64,000 nucleotides of DNA from assembly GCA_977862235.1 (NCBI GenBank), contig OZ374559.1, forward strand, positions 2,604,001 to 2,668,000, read 5' to 3'. Position 1 is the stretch's first letter. The number at the start of each line of letters is the position of its first letter. The translations under genes were made by a program, and so were the position numbers. The stretch is from Dudresnaya verticillata (taxonomy: Eukaryota). The notes beneath the pieces were generated by a model. That model ran no database searches, had not been told where the DNA came from, and was given only the letters and a program-made list of their open reading frames with translations. This document shows positions 33,595-46,400 of the stretch, in pieces.

Positions 33595-34139
33595 GGTAGC
33601 TGCCTAGGATTTCTTCAAATGTGTTCGCGAGCCCACGCATTGGCTGTTAAACAAGCAGCAGTACAAGGCGAGGGCTGGTAGATGTGAAGAATAGCGATTC
33701 AGTGCTTGCCACAGCTCTGCCTAGCTCATTCGGTCCCTGTGTTTGTACCACAGTGTGGTCATGTGCGGGTAGAGAGAGCTGAAGAAAGTTCCAGCTCACT
33801 GATGCCTCCCGGAAGGTAGCAGCGGTCGCTCACATAGTGCTCTGATTTTGTCGAAATCTAGAGCGCTTCCCGAGCTAACCTGCGGTGTTCCTTTTATGGT
33901 AGATATTTTAACAATAAAATAGGATGTGAAACGTCCATGACGAGCTAGCTGGCAGCTGCGAGGAAGTACCACCCGAAGAGAGAGATGTATCCTGAAAGGC
34001 AGCTGGTAATTGGCTAAGTGTCGTATTGTTATCGGTCCTGACAGTTGTGGTAATGGTACCCCAAATACTTTACAGGACGCCAGTGGAAGAGCATATGATA
34101 GATTCGGCGGTGTAGTTTCGCAGCTCTTGCAGTGTCCAC

Positions 34140-35110
34140 AGCGAGAAACTTGGACGCGCTGATCACCACCCGCCGGGCCGTTTGTTTGCCGACGATTGCT
34201 TGCTACACGTCGAGTGACCCCACGCTCTACGACAGGCGCTTCGCATTTGCGACGATCGTCACTCGAGTGGGCCAAGGACTCGGGTATGACCTGGTCTACC
34301 ACCAAGTGCGCTATTATCCTTCCGACTCGACACCGAGGTCGTCCCAACTCGACCAAGTTCCAACTTGCGGGCCAGACCCTCTCCAACCCTGCGACGGCCT
34401 GCTATCTTGGCATACACATTTCCCCTGTTGGCCCCGGTGACCGTGCTGTCCTGCAACTGATAGCGTCTGCCAAGAATGTTCTTCGAGCACTGTCAAGCAT
34501 GGCATTTGTGTCTGCCAAGATGCCAGCAACGGCACTGTCACGCGGGCCATCGACAACCTCGACACCGAGTTCTTGCGCTTGTTCATATCGCAACGCACGC
34601 CCCGCATGCCCAGCTCGCGTCTCAAGAAGCTTCGAGCTCTGTTCCGCATCATCCGGCCGCTTCTGCGCCAGCGTATTCTACAAAGCAAGTTCGCGTCTTC
34701 CCTCCGCCGCACTGCGCGCTCCACGCACCTCCCGGAATCATGGCACGCTCGGCAAACTTTACTCGCTCTCCCGAAGCTCCGAAACCCGATGCTGGGCAAC
34801 GCGTTGGATCGCGCGCGATCCAGAACCCGACGAGCCCATCCACCCTGCATGCTGACTGCGTTGCCCAATGGCGCTCTGCATTTACCGGTCCGCGCAAAGC
34901 CGCAGTCCCCACCACACCACGCTTTGCCCCGGCGCTGCTACTCCCTGACCACCGTGACCGCCTGCTTGCTATCAGATGGCACTTATGCACCTTCGCAATC
35001 ACACCCCGTTGCCCCTACTCTCCTACGACGCTACGCGCCCATATGCCCTCGAGCTCACGAAGCTCTCGCACGACGCCCTCCAGCACTCGGACATCCGCTC
35101 AGTCTCATTA
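34140..35110 (+). mobile_element. Degraded LINE fragment nested in the giant transposon
   Basis: Near-identical to 6421-6975 over the shared part; RT tail motifs KCAIILPTRHRGR and YLGIHIS. Confidence 0.85.
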
Positions 35111-35869
35111 TCAAATAAATGAGCAGTTGCACTTCCAGCCCTCCAAAAGTGGAGACGTTGAGCAGCCTTAGCCGCGACTCGGCGACTGCGCTGGTGAGCA
35201 TCTCTTCTGCTTCCGGATGCCCCCACGGCAGCCAAGAGAGCCACACGGGGCCGGCCATTATGTACACGGTGAACAAGAAGGCGGACAAACTGTGCAACGG
35301 CTGCCTTGCGTCCCCGGCGGGATGCACGTCGCCACCGTGGGGTGGCCCCGTGAGAGCGCCGCTAGGGTCCACACCACCGCGGACATGGGCCGGAGCAGCA
35401 GGCCACACACGCGTGGTGGGCCGCGGCCCACCAAGCTGGCAGCTGGTGCGGAACGGCGGCAGCTGCTGCTGCTGCTGTTACTCCCCCTCAGAGGCCTGCA
35501 GCGCGACAAGCAGCGGCAGCACGAGGTGTAGGCCTGTGGTTGCCGTGCTTGTCGTTTGTACAAACGTTTGTTTGTTTGTTTGTTTTTCGTCTTACTTTTA
35601 TTTTGTGACGGTTATACACGGACGCGCGATGCAGCGCTCCATGAACTGTCAGCCCCGGCTGTAATGGCGTGAATCTATGAGCTGTATTTTCCGAGCTGCA
35701 TAATCTCCAAAAAATGGAAAACGAGGTTGTGTGTGAGAGCAAGCACGAAACCCCGCGCTTATGGGCGCCGGCGCTGTCCGAACAGCGGGCCACTCGTTCC
35801 TCCCATCAAGCACAATAGCAATCGGGGTTTTCAGCAACATCGACATGCAAGTGCGCACTTCTTCACTCT

Positions 35870-38583
35870 GTGCATTCCCGCCACAACGTGGTGGACGTTT
35901 CTCTGACCAGGCTCCCCCAGGAGCTCCGGGACCGTGGAAAGGCCCGCATCCTGCTCGCGATTCGCAACTTTCTCGCAAGCGTGTCAGTGATGGATGGGGT
36001 TGGGGAGGAGGAAATAGCCAGAAACGCTCGTCGCTTTCTGGACGAATTCAACCATGAGACTGGATTGCTCATCGGCTGCACGCTGGATGGAAACGTGCTT
36101 TCCTTTTCGTCTCTACCTTCAGACGAGGAAATTATGTGGTTCAATGTGGCCACTGTCTTCGCGAAGAAGGCGTATGTTGATGCCCTTTCCGTTTTCAGGG
36201 AACTATCAAGACTTCAGGGAGGGCCCCGTATTCCTATTTATGTGCTCGCGTGCAAAATGTTCTTGACGTTGCGTCCTATAGAAATGCAGAGTGTACTGAA
36301 AGTTCTATGGGGTCGCTCACAATGCATGCACGACATTGGAATGGAAGACGCGTTTATTTGGGATCCGGAGAGCTGCATGAGATTTGTATCTCACACAACC
36401 GCTCTGCTACATTTCGCAGACATGACTGCGGCGAGAATGGAGCTATCTAACTCTGTGCCTTCAGGTCTTACTGTGCCTCAAAAGTACAGCTTGAAAGTGC
36501 CCGCTCTGTCGAACTCGTCAACTTTGACAGCTGCAGTGATTACCATAATCGCTGTAATAACAGCTCAAGAGAGATATGATATCAGGACTGAGCAGAGCTA
36601 TTTGATGGAACATACCGCCGATATCGCTGCAGCTCTTGGAAAGGTTCTGCAAGAGAAAGTGAATGCTACCCTTAATCCACAGAACAAAGTAACGCTTGCT
36701 CTGTCTCTAGTTCTTACGGGCAGTGGATACCGTAGACCAGTCTTCACACGAGTTGCGGGAAGAAGTGAACGGAATGGCGATGCCAATGCCGCCGTGGCCG
36801 CCAGATACACCCATGTTTCCCAGCTCGATGCACTCCGTTCCGATAATGACGAAGGAAATGCCATAGGCATTCCTGCTCATCAAGTATCTGTATTGCATAC
36901 CAGCAGACCTGCAGGAGATCACCATGGAGGTTTCATTAATGAAGTTGTAGTGGATGAGGGCGATGGTAACGCGACTCCGACGGGAAATAATGCGAAGAGA
37001 CTTCGAATAGATAAGAAGATACCGGAATCTAAATCTTTAATCCTCTCCTCGATAAGTCGTGTGGATGGAAAAAGTCTTCAAATTGCGGCACTGGAGCCCG
37101 AGAGAAACCGAGCTGGGACCGCTGGTGAGAGCGCTACTCTTCGCGACCATAGTATCCACGCTGAGGCATCATACTGGGACAATGTGGGAACGTTCAGGCT
37201 GAAGAGGTACCCCACCAGGCGAGTCACAGCGAGCCGAGGCCGCGACGGTCCCAATGCGTTCCGTTCGTACCACGCGATGGAGGAGGAGGCAGCATCTCTA
37301 GACGAAATGGTTGCGCTGCCAGACGTCTTTATTGTGAATTCATCCATTCGACCTGCACTGAGAAACAGACGCTGTGCCGTGCTTGGAATTAGGGAGGAGT
37401 CCCCAACTTTGGACTTTCTGACGAAGGAAGACTTCATGCAAATCACAAAGAGCATAGAGATGTCTGCCGCGACTGCATTCAGATTGCAGTTTGATTCTTC
37501 AGCAAACGAGGCAGCATTGCGGCATCAGGCCGTTGGCCATCTGCAACAGATGGCTGATGCGCTCTATACCAAGGGCTACGCTGTGGACCGCAGTCGTTTA
37601 ACGAGAGGTGCAGATGTCGAACAAGCTGCACGAATTGACCGCATTATCAATTATATGGTCCCGCTGCAGGACATGAGGGAAGACACATTTTAGCACGTCA
37701 TCTGCACAGACCCCAATCGGAGCCTCGCTGAAATCAAGAAGGACTTTGCGAGAAAGCCCGATGAAATGGGTGCCTTAATGCGGTGGCAGACCACAACTAA
37801 GAACTTTTCGGACATGCTGTATGAAAAGGAGCACGACGCGCCCTGCGGTGATGCGAGAAGCGAAGGTGGGGTGTTTAGGGACAAAAGCATGATCGAGGCA
37901 TATCTGGCAAGGTACGTGGAGTTGCTCGGGCTTCAAGATACCACACAACGCCCATGTATATGCCTCTCCGTGGGTTGCAGCTCATATGTACAGGTCAAGA
38001 AAGCGCAAGGCAAACACCGCATTCAGACTATATGGTACCACACCCGGGGTGGCACCCATCTGGAATTGCGACGCCCGATGCCGGAGAGCCCCCGGCTCTG
38101 GTCAACCTCACGGTAATGTTCAGCGGAGAGCAGCCTTTTGCGATTCGGGTTTGGCCATATACCCACATTCGGCAGGCAACAAGAAACGCGGAGGAGAGGA
38201 AGAAGATATTGGAGACGACGCCGTCTTGTCTGGTAACGGTCCCTTCGTACAGCATATTGCTGTTACGAGGAGACATTATTCACGCTGGTTGCAGCGGAGT
38301 TGAGATGAAGGTCGCGTTTGGTACTGATGGTCTGCGTCCGTACCCGCTCACCCCATTGTCCGACCTGCAAGATAACCGAAAGGAGAAGCTCTTTTCTGTG
38401 CGAGTTGGGAGTCATCTATGCAATGTACGCGGTCATCTATCTTTCGTGCGTTCCGAAGGACTTCGGTACGACGCCATTTGGTCCGTCGCAGACATCGAAC
38501 TAGGGGAGGATAGCAAAAACCCCTGGCATCTCAATGACGCCAATTATGAAGTCGAGCACAGATCTGTACGTTTAATTCAATAA
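35870..38583 (+). pseudogene. Large (about 900 aa) cargo gene with C-terminal PhyH-like 2OG-Fe(II) dioxygenase domain
   Basis: ORF 35870-37693 continues in frame past one TAG into ORF 37766; 1-nt frameshift near 37950 joins ORF 37954-38583, which has QTPHSDY, IRVWPYTH, VPSYSILLLRGDIIHAG and NVRGH. Confidence 0.75.
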
Positions 38584-38609
38584 ACTAGCTACGCGTACAA
38601 GCGGGTAAA

Positions 38610-39790
38610 TTGGACAGACAAGAGATGTCCATTTGCATGCGCAACCAGGCTCTGCAGAGAATTGCAACACGCTTACGGTGCGACCATGCTTTCCATGGAA
38701 AGCATGGTCGCACCGTAAGCGTGTGCATTTCTTTCCCTGCCCCAGAGAAGGCTCCTTCTGAAAACGAAACGGGCTCTGTTCCAAGGCAGCATCATGAGTT
38801 GCAAGCCGCGCACGTTGGCAAGTGGGAAGGGCACGCGTACGTATTCGCCATAGCAGACGCGAATGAGCTTGATATACGACTGGAGCGCCAGTTTCGCGTG
38901 GAAAGCGAGACAAGCGAGAGAGATGATAGCAGTTTTGAATGGTCCTCGTGCATTGCGAACTCTTCTGTCGACATTCTGTCCAACGTGTCTGTCCCGGCGC
39001 CAAAGTATAAAGACGTATTAGTTTCTGGTCGTGTTGTCTGCGCGGGGGGTAGCTATGCATTGAAGAACGCGCGAAGCGAGAAAAATGAGCCGGTGTCCAG
39101 TCCCGCCAACCTTACGATAAGCGCCGGATTTCTCAGAACAATAACGGCAAACAAGGCGACGACGGAAGAGGTGGAGTTATGCATGGCTTCAGAAGCGGGA
39201 CGGGGTCGTATGCGACGAGACCGAATCGTATTGTGCACTTGTCCCGCTAGTCCATCTTGTGGAAAGGCCAAATTTCGGTATGTTGTCTTGCTATCAGAGC
39301 AGTACAGTGGGCAAGAAGATTGCAGTGCCATTCCATCAGTTGTGGACCCCAACGCTAATGCTCGTCAAGCAGAAGTCAGTGGTTGCTCCGTCCTTGAAGG
39401 AACTTAGTCCGGCAGAGGAGCTCTCTTTCATCCAGAATATCCGCCGCAGCCATACCGAGCAGCCAACACGAAGCTGAGCTTCTGGCGTGCTGACTCCATA
39501 TCTGAATCGGACGTCACATGGGTTGATTACGATCTTGGTGAGGGACCTGAACATGACTCGAAAAGCAGGGCACGAACCGTCAGGAAGAAGAAAGTATCAA
39601 AGCGTGTTGCTGCAGCTCAAGCATTTGACCAAAAGCGGATCGCAAGGTGTTCTTTGCTTTCCCGGGAGTATATGGTGCAGGGCAAGGAACCGGAAACATT
39701 TGCCTGGCAGGAGGTCCAGCCTGGCAATGAAGTACCATCTCTGTTTTCACCTCGAGTTGGCAAGTTTGTTGACGACTATGCGGGTGTATT
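38610..39790 (+). pseudogene. Hypothetical cargo gene with one in-frame TAG, truncated at the gatA fragment
   Basis: ORF 38610-39407 reads through TAG in frame into ORF 39654; no family recognised. Confidence 0.5.
38667..38724. repeat. Perfect 58-bp palindrome without a loop
   Basis: acacgcttacggtgcgaccatgctttcca|tggaaagcatggtcgcaccgtaagcgtgt. Confidence 0.95.
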
Positions 39791-40700
39791 GTACGGGTGC
39801 AGGAATAGTCATGATATCGTCAAGGTACATGGCGAGGGGATCCTTTCTCATTTCACCAAACTTGTACGCCGGAGAAGTTGACACAGGAGAGATGAGTACA
39901 TCAACGCCTTGCGCGAACGCATCTTTGAAGCGCCTTGCCATCAATGCGCGAGCTCTTTGTGCACGGCGATAATACGCGTCATAGTAGCCGCTTGAAAGAG
40001 CAAACGTCCCGCGCATAATACGTTTCTTAACCTCATAACCAAATCCATTCGCCCTCGATTTTGCGTAGAGCTCGCTTGACGTGCGCGCGTCCTGGTCTCT
40101 GACACCATATCGAACACCATCATAACGTGCTAGATTTGCAGACGCTTTCGAGAACGCAAGAACAAAGTAAGCTGCAGTTGAGACGGAAAGCGAAGGTATC
40201 GAGATTGACTTGACCGTAGCACCAAACTGTTGGAGAATGTCGACGCCCGCTCGGACGCTCTGCGCTACATCTGGATGAACGCCCTCTCCCATGGCTTCAT
40301 CAATGATACCCACAGTATAGCCAGAAAGATCTGGGGTATTCATTAGACCCTCTGCGTATTTTGGTACGTCTGCATCGACAGATGTGGCATCCATGGGATC
40401 CTTGCCTGCCATGATCTGTAGCAAGAGCGCGGCGTCCTGCGCAGAATTGCAAATCGGGCCTGCAGTGTCCAGCGAGGAGAAACGGCCCTGCTTGAAATGC
40501 AAGAAGCTGTACATGCCATCAAGTTCAAGGACAAACATGCAGAAGGCGGCTCGAAGTTTGCGCAGACGTGTTAAGGGAATCGACGCAGAAATGGAAGCCA
40601 TCCCGTCACGACTAGAACTCCTGGTCCTTGCTGCACAGCTGTGACGCTGAGACGCTAGCGTCTTCTGGTTCTTCACAGGAAAACAGGCATTTGGTCTCAT
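39747..40700 (-). pseudogene. gatA: Fragment of Glu-tRNA(Gln) amidotransferase subunit A, internally deleted and 3'-truncated
   Basis: SSLDTAGP, AGKDPMDATS, ASANLARYDGVRYG, GFGYEVKKRIMRGTFALSSGYYDAYY, DPLAMYLDDIMTIPA; the amidase GGSSGGS core and the C-terminal end are absent. Confidence 0.88.
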
Positions 40701-41499
40701 TCACGATTCCCCGCAGACCCCCGCATAAGCCCCTGCACCTCGTACCTCCCTCTTTGTCTCAACGTTTCTGCCCCTTACCACGTGACCGTCTTTGTACGCT
40801 TCGGGTCGGTAATTTATGCACATATCCAGCCCACCGCCCACAATCCCTGCAATACAGATGATGATGCTCACCGCTGAGCAGCCAATGTCGCAATTGCTGT
40901 AATACGAACTCGAGTTCGAGTTGGGATCCAAACAACTTCTCCTTCTCCAACGCTCAGCAACTTCGTGCTGCCAGATCCGTAAACGTCCACGACCTTCAAC
41001 TCCGCAGATGGATATAAACCTCGCAGTAAAGCGATCAGCCCTGTTCAAAATCCGAACTGTTCCGCCGTCGCCTCCCTAACGCAGCTTCCAGCCGGCCATA
41101 TGCTGCTGGTCCGCTTGCATCTTTCGACACTCCCGATCCCTCCTGCGAACCCAGCGTGCGCTCAACGATTTGGAACCCTCCGCCAGGGGCTCCATGCTCC
41201 ATGCTCTCTCTCGAGAGATCTCTCGCTCTCGCTCGCGCGCGCGCTCGCGCGTGAGGACGAGTAGTGATGGTAGTGGATCCACTCGAGGAAGGACGGGTTG
41301 GATGCTGCATGTTGGATGCGTGCGGCCTGGTGCAGCGGTGCGCGGCAGCGCTTGGACTTGGGACGGTGCGGTGCCTCAACTGATTGTCGGGCGTGCGCGC
41401 AGTTTCTCCTTTTTTTGCCTTTTTCTGCAATTGGAACGGCAGAAGCAAAATGCTCCAGGACCCTGCGCATTGGTGACGGACAACAATCGTGGCGAACTG

Positions 41500-41580
41500 C
41501 CGGAAGTGATGATTCTTGTTTATTGTTGTTTTAGGTGGTCCTGTGCAGGCACCAAAGGCCCATTTGCAGGCGCACCGTTG
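41500..41580 (-). mobile_element. LINE 3'-UTR-only remnant
   Basis: gtgatgattcttgtttattgttgttttaggtggtcctgtgcaggcaccaaaggcccatttgcaggcgcaccg matches the reverse complement of about 7080-7152. Confidence 0.75.
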
Positions 41581-41676
41581 AAAGCGTAGTTCGGCTTCGC
41601 TCCGGCTTCCATCCCACAAATGGACTGCTCATGAGCAGTCCATATGCGGGAGTACACTCCAGTGCAGGATCCTGTG

Positions 41677-41968
41677 AAGTTTGATTTATTGGTATTTTGT
41701 TTAGAGTGGTCCTGCGCGGGCGGCTATGGCCCATTTGCAGGCACACTTTCGGGCTGTGATCTATTCAGGCGATGTGGAGTGCTCCTGCGGGAGGGGGAGA
41801 GGGAATTCTTCTTGGCAGGCCGCTCGGATCAGGTGGATGGCTTCCGTTATTTCTTGGAGATCTTGAGGGGTGGGGTCGCGTAGTGCGAGCTTGTGTAGAG
41901 TGGCAGCGGGTTGGCGGAGGGCAGCGCGCTTGGAGGGGCATTTGGGGGGTATCGGGAACGTGCCGAGG
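41677..41968 (-). mobile_element. Short 5'-truncated LINE insertion with 6-bp TSD CCTGTG
   Basis: LGTFPIPPKCPSKRAALR motif plus 3' UTR motif; CCTGTG at 41671-41676 and 41969-41974; the uninterrupted context gtgcaggatcctgtgttgctgatg occurs at 42881. Confidence 0.8.
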
Positions 41969-43413
41969 CCTGTGCTGCTGATATCAGCAGCGCGTGATTT
42001 GCAGCTCATGCATGCATTCGCGGTTATCTCTGCAACGATTTCGAAACGGCCTTTTTCAACGGGCGACACACCGGGAAGGGTTTTGATTGGTCGCGTACAT
42101 AATGGTTTCCGAGCTATGGCCATTTCACACATTGCACCCGGCCTCCGTCCCACAGTCTCCGCTCCAGCGCACGGTCCTGTGCTGCTGATGCATGCATGAA
42201 TTGCAGCTCATACATGCTTGCAGAGCTGCAATTTACACACGTATGCATGAGCTGCAATTCACGCGGAAGTCTGTGTAACGATTTCGAAACTGCCCATGTG
42301 GAGTTTTGGGGCGTTGTAGCTTTAATGCCCCATGGTCTCTAGACGTATACTATCGTTGCGCTACCATTTTCCGAGATGGAACGTGCACCATTTTAGGAGT
42401 TAACTGTTGCGTTGTGAGCTCCCCTTCTTACCCCGGCCGCCGTCGTCGTTTACTTTCCAAGTCGTGTTATTCACGAAACGGACTTATACGTCCTACAGGC
42501 TGACGGCCCATGGGCCGGGGCGACTGCAGTCGCCCTGGCGTTGTCGGGGCCAATGTGCTCATGCGCCGCACCGATGCGGCTAATTACCGCTTTCTGCTGG
42601 GTTCGCAGTGTTCTACAACCCTGTTGACCCGTACGCCGCGTGAACCCTCTACAGCGCTCGCGCGTTAGGCGGAGCGCGATCCGACGCATCTCTGAGAGCA
42701 CTCGTTCTATTCTTTTACTGTCCGGTGTGCTGGATCGGCAGAACCGGACGCTTTCAACATTCGACACGCCTGGGAGGGTTTTGATTGGTGGCGTGAATTT
42801 TTTTTCTGAGCTCTGGCCCATTGCGCCCGGCTTCCACCGATGGAAGCCAGGATATACGCGATATCCCGCAGGGCCCACTAGTGCAGGATCCTGTGTTGCT
42901 GATGCCTGCATGAGCTGCAATTCACGCGGATGCCAGTGTAACGATTTCCAAATCGCCGTTTTCAACGACCGACACGCCTTGGAGTGGTTTGATTGGTCGC
43001 GAACAGAATATCTTTATGGGGTCTCGCCGAGGGCGTCAATTGCTATCTCTCATGCGGGATTGTGCGCCTCTGCTGTATACTGCTGCAGCATGCAGCGATA
43101 ATGATACGTGCACGATGTGCCGCAACGTATGTAGCGGCTCAGAACTGTGTCTGGCGACACGGCTCTTACTCGGCGATTTCAAACCAATGAGCGATACGCA
43201 TTGAATCCATAAAAATGAACCCCAATACGGATCCGAAGAGGGGGTAACCCAACCATTGAAGTGTGAAACAAATAGGTGAAATGCCAATCGAGGTGGCTAG
43301 CCGCCGCGCAGCTGAGTAAGTCCACCGGGCCTTTCTTCATCTCTAACTGACTCCGCAGTGTCGAGCGCTGTTATAACAACATCTAACGGAGTTCTTACGC
43401 TGTGGAGTGATCA

Positions 43414-46400
43414 ATGGCATGTGTAGGCACTAAGAGAGCTGCAGGCGACAGTGCTGCGGAAGGGAAACTTGTGACTCGGCGTAAGGCTGCGTTTGTATCC
43501 CTGGACACAATACTCGAGAGATGTGGGCTTCCTACTTCCACAAAATTATCAGTGGACTGTGCAACTAACATGCTGATGGAAGCGACGAAAGAGTTGTGCG
43601 GATTGAAGATTCCCGGTTCATTGCGAAACAGGTGCGCCACCATTGTACAATTGATTTTTCGTACGCCTGTCATCGCATACGCGCTTTCTGCTTCTCGCAA
43701 TGCTCCTATTTTTTCTGTTCGAGGCTGGATACTTTTTGCAGGGAGCGGTTGTGACCGGAAGCTGTACACCTTGGGATTCCTGAGGAGGTGGATCGCGCTG
43801 CCAGGTGATGATTTAACACTGGGACCGGCAAAAGCAGGATCGTACAAGGGATTCGTACGCCTGCTTGCTCAATTACAACCGCAAGCAAGAACATTCTCAT
43901 TGTCAATATTCTTTCATATTCTTGGAATATGCTCCATGCTGCAATTAGTTCAAGATGCCGTGCCACGCGTGGGAAACATTTCTGCGGAATCTGCACGGAA
44001 TGGAATGGTCCCCCTGAACATTGAGACAGTTCTGTTTACTCTGGTCACTCGAAACGATTTCAGTCTTTCAAACATCCACTCAGCGTTCGGCGCAGATACC
44101 ACAGAGGCCATTCGAGCTTCGTTCCAGAAGTGCAGCTCACTTCTGGCAACCGTCGAAAAACTTCTCGAACGTATCCTGGGTTTTGCTGTGGAGAGGAAAA
44201 AGACCATTGCTCGCACATCTAGTTCGGGGAAACGATCCCTGCTAGGTACAATATGGAGAGTTACTCAGGATGAGCTGTGTGACTCAATCTGTAACCGCGA
44301 AGGAGCAAAAGAAGTATACTTTATGTTCTCGAGTGTCCTCCGTGATATATTAGCAGCATCGGGTGTTCAAAGCTTTCACACACGGATCTGCGAACGATTT
44401 ATGCTCTGCTTCTTGGAGGGCCTGGAGCCGTACTTGCACTCCAACACTTCCATTTACCTGCAACCACGTCCATACTTCCAAATTTGTACACCTAGCATTA
44501 TAGTGGATACACATTGCCAAGGAACACCCTGCACCCCTTACCCGGCAGCTTATGTATCATGCCCAGGGAAGTCAAATTTGATGAATGGAAGATCAGGGAC
44601 ACCTCTACTGGTTGATGCGAATCATGAAGAGTCGGGAAACGATATTCCCTGTTTTAGTTCTACAAATGAAAGAGTAAGAACCGATGTCGATATGACCGAC
44701 ATTGCCAGGTTAGTTGGTGAGCTTGAAGCTACTCCTGGAGCCATCCCCTTGAATTTGGAAACAGATCCACTAATGATACTCAGTCGTGTATCCATTCGGA
44801 CGACAAAAGTGTCAGAGCACCGCAACAGACAGAGCAGTTATTGCCACACCCCGGCACAAGGCGAAGATCATTTGCAGGAAAGCAACGCTCTCGAGATTTC
44901 ACCCTCACTCGCAAAGCCTGATTTTTCTCAAAGGCGACGTATATGTATGGAGGAATCGATTGAACACTGGATCCGTTTATTGCGAGATGTACCAGAGCTG
45001 AAAAGGGATGGGACATTGTTAGAATATGGGATTGTGCCAGTGGATATCTCGGATGTATTCCGTGTTTTGGATATTGAACGATACGAGGAGAAGGAACTGG
45101 CTTTTTGCAATATGTGGCGAGGTGTACTATCCACTTCATGTTACATGTGTTGGACGCTGAAAATATAGACCTGCAGGTCTTGAGAGATTTTCCCTCGCGG
45201 TCTCAGCAACCCTTCACTGCTACACGTCTTGCTTCCTCTGGAAACCACGCTCGACGTACAGTTACAATACGCTCGAGCAGAACTGCAGATGTTCGAAGTC
45301 GTGATGTTCTGGAGCTGAAGTTCAAGAACAACAGGGTGAGATGTGTGGCAGGCGGGGTTGTTGAAAATGAAGATGGCGAAAGGTCAACACCGGGTTCGAT
45401 AGAAGTTTTCTTCTCTTGTGCGGAAAACTTGTCAAGAATCGAATGTATTAATGACAACAGTACTATGACCGCATCTCACGTTATGAATCTTGACATCGAG
45501 TTTTCGGCATTTACCGCCTTTGGAAATATAGGTTGTGTACCTCTTAACTTGCGGAAGATGATTCTGAATCACGACAATAGCACATTTGAAGGAAGCTTTG
45601 AAATTTCAACAGTATGTGATAGAATACCATCGGGCTCGCGGGATGCCTTGAAAGGTGTGCGAGAAGAGCGACATTTAAGTTTCGAAGAAGAGAATTTAAT
45701 TGCAACCGTCTGCTATAAGCTTAAGCTGTGGATGACTTTTCTGCCCAACTTCGAGGCATTCGACAAATTTCTACTAGTACAGACTAACCCCACCATCGGA
45801 ATATATGCATTTTTCGCCGCAATGATAAGATGCATTTGCTATGGGTTCCCTCCTAAGAGTCGTCATAATAGAGAGGGGATGACAATAAGATCTCAAATGC
45901 TGTCTTGGACAAGGGAGAACACCCGCAAATGTGTTCGGGGGCAAAATGGAGGTTTTGGTTGCCGTGGCGGAAGGACGATGCTGAGAGCGTGTATGAGGAT
46001 ACCCATTATCGCGAGCAAGAGGGACGAGGTAGAAAGCCTCGTCCGTGAGCTCGAAGACATAGAAATTATAGGAGATGGCGAAGAATTGATGGGTATTTCT
46101 TGGTACAGCATACCAGGAACGTCTCACCTTGATCGTACCTGCTTGAAGTCTCGAACGCGTCTTGGACTTCTTCATAGCAGCCATTTCGTGATCTGTACTC
46201 CAGAAGCAATTCCCGAGCTTCTCCGAGATATTTCCTTGCTTCATGAGAGCTGTTGTTCTACTCACTTCGACGCATCATTCTTCCTCAACGGCACAGATAT
46301 TTCTGTACCATATTTCTTTGAGATGATACAGTGTGTCTCAAACCTGTCCGGGCCAATTATGATGTTTTCAGCAGAAAAAGACTTAAGATGCGAGAGAAGA

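Noticed and set aside
30155..39790. Alternative genetic code or programmed readthrough to explain single in-frame TAA/TAG stops in cargo genes
   Set aside because: Other genes in the window end normally at TAA/TAG, frameshifts also occur, and the Gypsy and Roco genes show similar lesions; ordinary decay is simpler.
39747..40700. Functional gatA gene
   Set aside because: The catalytic amidase signature and the C-terminus are missing.
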